From an uncultured Candidatus Bathyarchaeia archaeon (lineage in GTDB: Archaea; Thermoproteota; Bathyarchaeia; Bathyarchaeales; Bathycorpusculaceae): a stretch of 36,482 nt of DNA. A program made the translations under genes and the position numbers. The DNA is taken from the NCBI GenBank assembly GCA_964354015.1, contig CAYGYB010000001.1:1-36482 (forward strand), read 5' to 3'. This document shows positions 35,871 through 36,482 of the stretch, piece after piece (position 1 is the stretch's first letter; every line of letters begins with the position of its first letter). Below the pieces are notes generated by a model. The model was not told the DNA's origin. It searched no databases and saw nothing but the letters and a program-made list of their open reading frames with translations.

Positions 35871-36201
35871 TTGTTTCTTATTCTCCTTAGAATTCCGTAA
35901 GCCTAGTTATGTTAGAATCTGTTTTTAAGCTTTGTTCAAGCGTGTAGCGCAAGTCTCAGATTTTACTATATTAAATTATAATGCAATAAACTGCAATTCT
36001 TTTGGGTTTGGGGACTCAAGTTTTGGCCAAGTAATAAGTCAGAAATGTTTAGAATCAGCAGCCAATCCACCCGATTCGCAGTCATGTCCTTTTTAGGTGT
36101 TCATACGCGTACAGTCAGTGACCTAGTCTCAGCGCAAACTTTGTCAAAAGATATATAACGCGCCAGCGCCGTATTGGTAAAAAGTTCGGAGGCTTGAACA
36201 G

Positions 36202-36482
36202 TTGGGCGTCTTAGGAAGAGACAAACTAAAAGAACTAATCGACAACTACAAGGTCGTATACCCTCATGATTACACGTTGCTAGACGGCGACGGTTACATC
36301 TTAACCGTTAAAGAAGAAACAACCGTCCACTACTTGGAACACAAAAACCTAGTATCCTACGAGGTTGTTTTCACCCCGCCAAACTTCGTAGCGCACTTAA
36401 CAGCCAAAAGCAAGTACGGAAGAATGGGCTTATCCTTCCTGAACGCCGCCAAAGTGCACAGCGGCTTCATCGGACGCCTCGT
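36202..36482 (+). CDS. dcd: dCTP deaminase/dUTPase-superfamily protein, 3'-truncated by the window edge
   Basis: The frame is open from TTG 36202 to the window end, with GGAGG 10 nt upstream and a TAA in frame at 36178-36180. SKYGRMGLSFLNAAKVHSGFIGRL matches the Dcd pattern S-x-x-R-x-G-L...-x-x-x-D/H-x-G-F-x-G. This gene is not in the ORF track. Confidence 0.55.
   Translation, partial: MGVLGRDKLKELIDNYKVVYPHDYTLLDGDGYILTVKEETTVHYLEHKNLVSYEVVFTPPNFVAHLTAKSKYGRMGLSFLNAAKVHSGFIGRL

Overview
The window looks like an archaeal chromosomal segment. Evidence: ribosomal protein eS1/S3Ae, F420 gene cofD, an archaeal-type family-B polymerase, a HerA/NurA pair and an intron-containing tRNA. Conserved housekeeping genes sit at both ends. 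The left end (1-5390) holds a Dpp/Opp-type ABC importer. The right end (25778-36482) holds cofD, moaE, rps3ae, serS, a CcdA-like membrane protein, a cluster of secreted beta-helix, NapH-like and PQQ-propeller proteins, and a partial dcd-like gene. The roughly 20 kb between them (about 5.4-25.7 kb) is accessory and mobile-looking. It contains (i) an intron-containing class-II-like tRNA preceded by a frameshifted LAGLIDADG homing-endonuclease gene and a duplicated tRNA 5' fragment. (ii) It also has anchored surface proteins and a tRNA 3' remnant. (iii) A ~40-nt motif occurs three times and brackets a beta-helix surface-protein gene and a GIY-YIG nuclease gene. (iv) A tight operon encodes a RadA/RadB-like protein without a P-loop, an 88-aa protein and an exonuclease-dead PolB2-like polymerase. 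(v) A co-oriented five-gene array encodes AbiV-like, HerA-like ATPase, NurA-like nuclease, an HsdS-like specificity subunit and a fused PD-(D/E)xK nuclease / N6-adenine methyltransferase. This array is followed by a decayed type I R-M relic and a tyrosine integrase. My best candidates for an undescribed system are the stand-alone NurA/HerA pair coupled to a BcgI-like R-M module, and the RadA-like/PolB2-like operon. I found no CRISPR array and no rRNA. All calls rest on by-eye motif recognition; no searches were run.
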